Below are positions 62,591-64,000 of a stretch of DNA of 64,000 nucleotides, piece by piece. The notes beneath the pieces were generated by a model, which saw only the letters and a program-made list of their open reading frames with translations, made no database searches and was not told the origin of the DNA. Position numbers and translations under genes: made by a program. The DNA is from Macrostomum lignano (lineage: Eukaryota). The stretch's first letter is position 1; each line of letters opens with the position of its first letter. The stretch spans positions 1 through 64,000 of the forward strand of contig NIVC01001225.1 in NCBI GenBank assembly GCA_002269645.1, read 5' to 3'.

Positions 62591-64000
62591 AGTCTAATCT
62601 ACTCTAATCTATTTATCCATCTCTCCATCTATCTATTGATATTTCTATCTATTTGAATCAGGCAATATTTGTACATGCCTGACGAAGGTATATTTTTGGC
62701 TTAGCAAACAAACAAGCTGAAACTAATTTTCTTCAATGAGCACGTACTGTACCCCAGTGTACCGCTATTTACCGGTCTGATCCATCTAGCACAAGCCGTC
62801 ATTGTTATTACATCACTGCTATCATCGCCACTCGTTATCCTTCATTATTCTAATCCAGTTCTTGCGAATTCATTCGTGACAACATATTTTTGGGTGTTAC
62901 GCAACGCGGACACAAACCGTGACTTATTTCTGGCCATAATTAATAATGCAACTGATTAAGCGATTTTTGAGCTAACTCTAAATGCCTAAGCTCGTGTCAG
63001 GGAGCAGGCTTACAGAGATTAAACTGTACCAAGTCTTCAAGTTTGTCGTTAGAAGGCTAGTCGCTATTCAACTCAGCTAATCCAATAGTTAGGGCAGTGA
63101 TTCACACTCTGAAAAGCTTCAATATATAAAGAACTGAATGAGGTTTTTGGTGACAAAAAAATCAATCGCCATTTCTTTCTATAGCCAGGGAGACCCTCTT
63201 TTTTAAAGCCGCTCACTGTTTTGGTGTACGCACTGGCCCGTGTGTCATTATGTTTTTCTGAGTGACTAATTCTAGGGTCCATCCCAAACTTGCCGGGTCT
63301 GCGGAGTCCCACTCTCCCTCCTCCTCTCTCCCGGCTCCGTCTCTGCGGCTGCAGGAATTACGCAATCCACTGCCGCCTATACAGACTTGGCTGGCTGTAC
63401 TGCGCTGGGCAACCCTTCAATATCGCATTGAGGCACTGAGGCAGGGGACGGGAATGAATGAAGGATCCGATCTTAGGTGGCGGGGGAGGGGGTTCGCCGA
63501 GAGAGTGGCTGGAGAGGAGTGTCGCCTGAAAGCCGACACGCCATCCTCCGCTCTCCACCACCCGTCTCTTCTATCATCCAGCCTTGTCATTTCTGTCTCT
63601 TGTCTCTCCATGTCTAACCTCATCTCGAGCGCACCGTGTCAGAGCTGATCAATTAGCAATCAAACGCGAGCAAATAATAAATGTCAAATTTGATTTTCTA
63701 TTCTGTTCTCGCATAGGCGGCTGAAGTGGGTCTCAACACGCAGAAACAAAAAAGCTCTCTTGTCAGGCACGCTCTACCCTCCTCTCTTTGCTTCCTTACT
63801 TTTTGACAGGCATATGGAATCTGTGCTGCCCTTTTTTCTCTCTTAGCTTTCGCCGGCTCTCGCTAGTTGGACTCGTCTGCTGATTCTTTGCTGGGGTCAG
63901 CAGGTCAAGCACCCTTACGGTGCCACGCTAGCCCCTCATTCCGATTCCTAATGCCTTTTTCTAATCTGTCGGGGCTGGCCTCGCCTGCCTGTGTCTCTGC

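Overview
Eukaryotic (metazoan) genomic DNA with spliceosomal GT-AG introns and very dense simple repeats. The GC-rich coding style and repeat landscape suggest a free-living flatworm such as Macrostomum (inference only). Three multi-exon genes were reconstructed by hand with consistent splice phases. (1) Minus strand, 7833 to <1: a signal-peptide protein with at least three tandem class C GPCR-type Venus-flytrap (VFT) modules joined by 3-Cys linkers, more than 1,400 aa and continuing off the window. (2) Minus strand, 22512 to 12185: a complete ~984-aa, signal-peptide-less protein with three GAPR-1/GLIPR2-type CAP domains, each built from the same exon triplet and separated by low-complexity linkers. 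(3) Plus strand, 25740 to >53097: the N-terminal ~2,330 aa of a Fat-like (FAT1/2/3, Drosophila kugelei) giant cadherin. Seven single-base deletions in homopolymer runs break genes 1 and 3, most likely long-read consensus errors. Non-coding sequence holds two tRNA-derived SINE families, two MITEs, a ~3.5-kb (ACTA)n array and many minisatellites, including one built from a SINE 5' end and one carrying repeated GTCACGTGAC E-box palindromes. There is no rRNA, CRISPR array, or autonomous transposon ORF. The long Cys/Leu/Ser/Tyr-rich ORFs in the ORF track are repeat artefacts.
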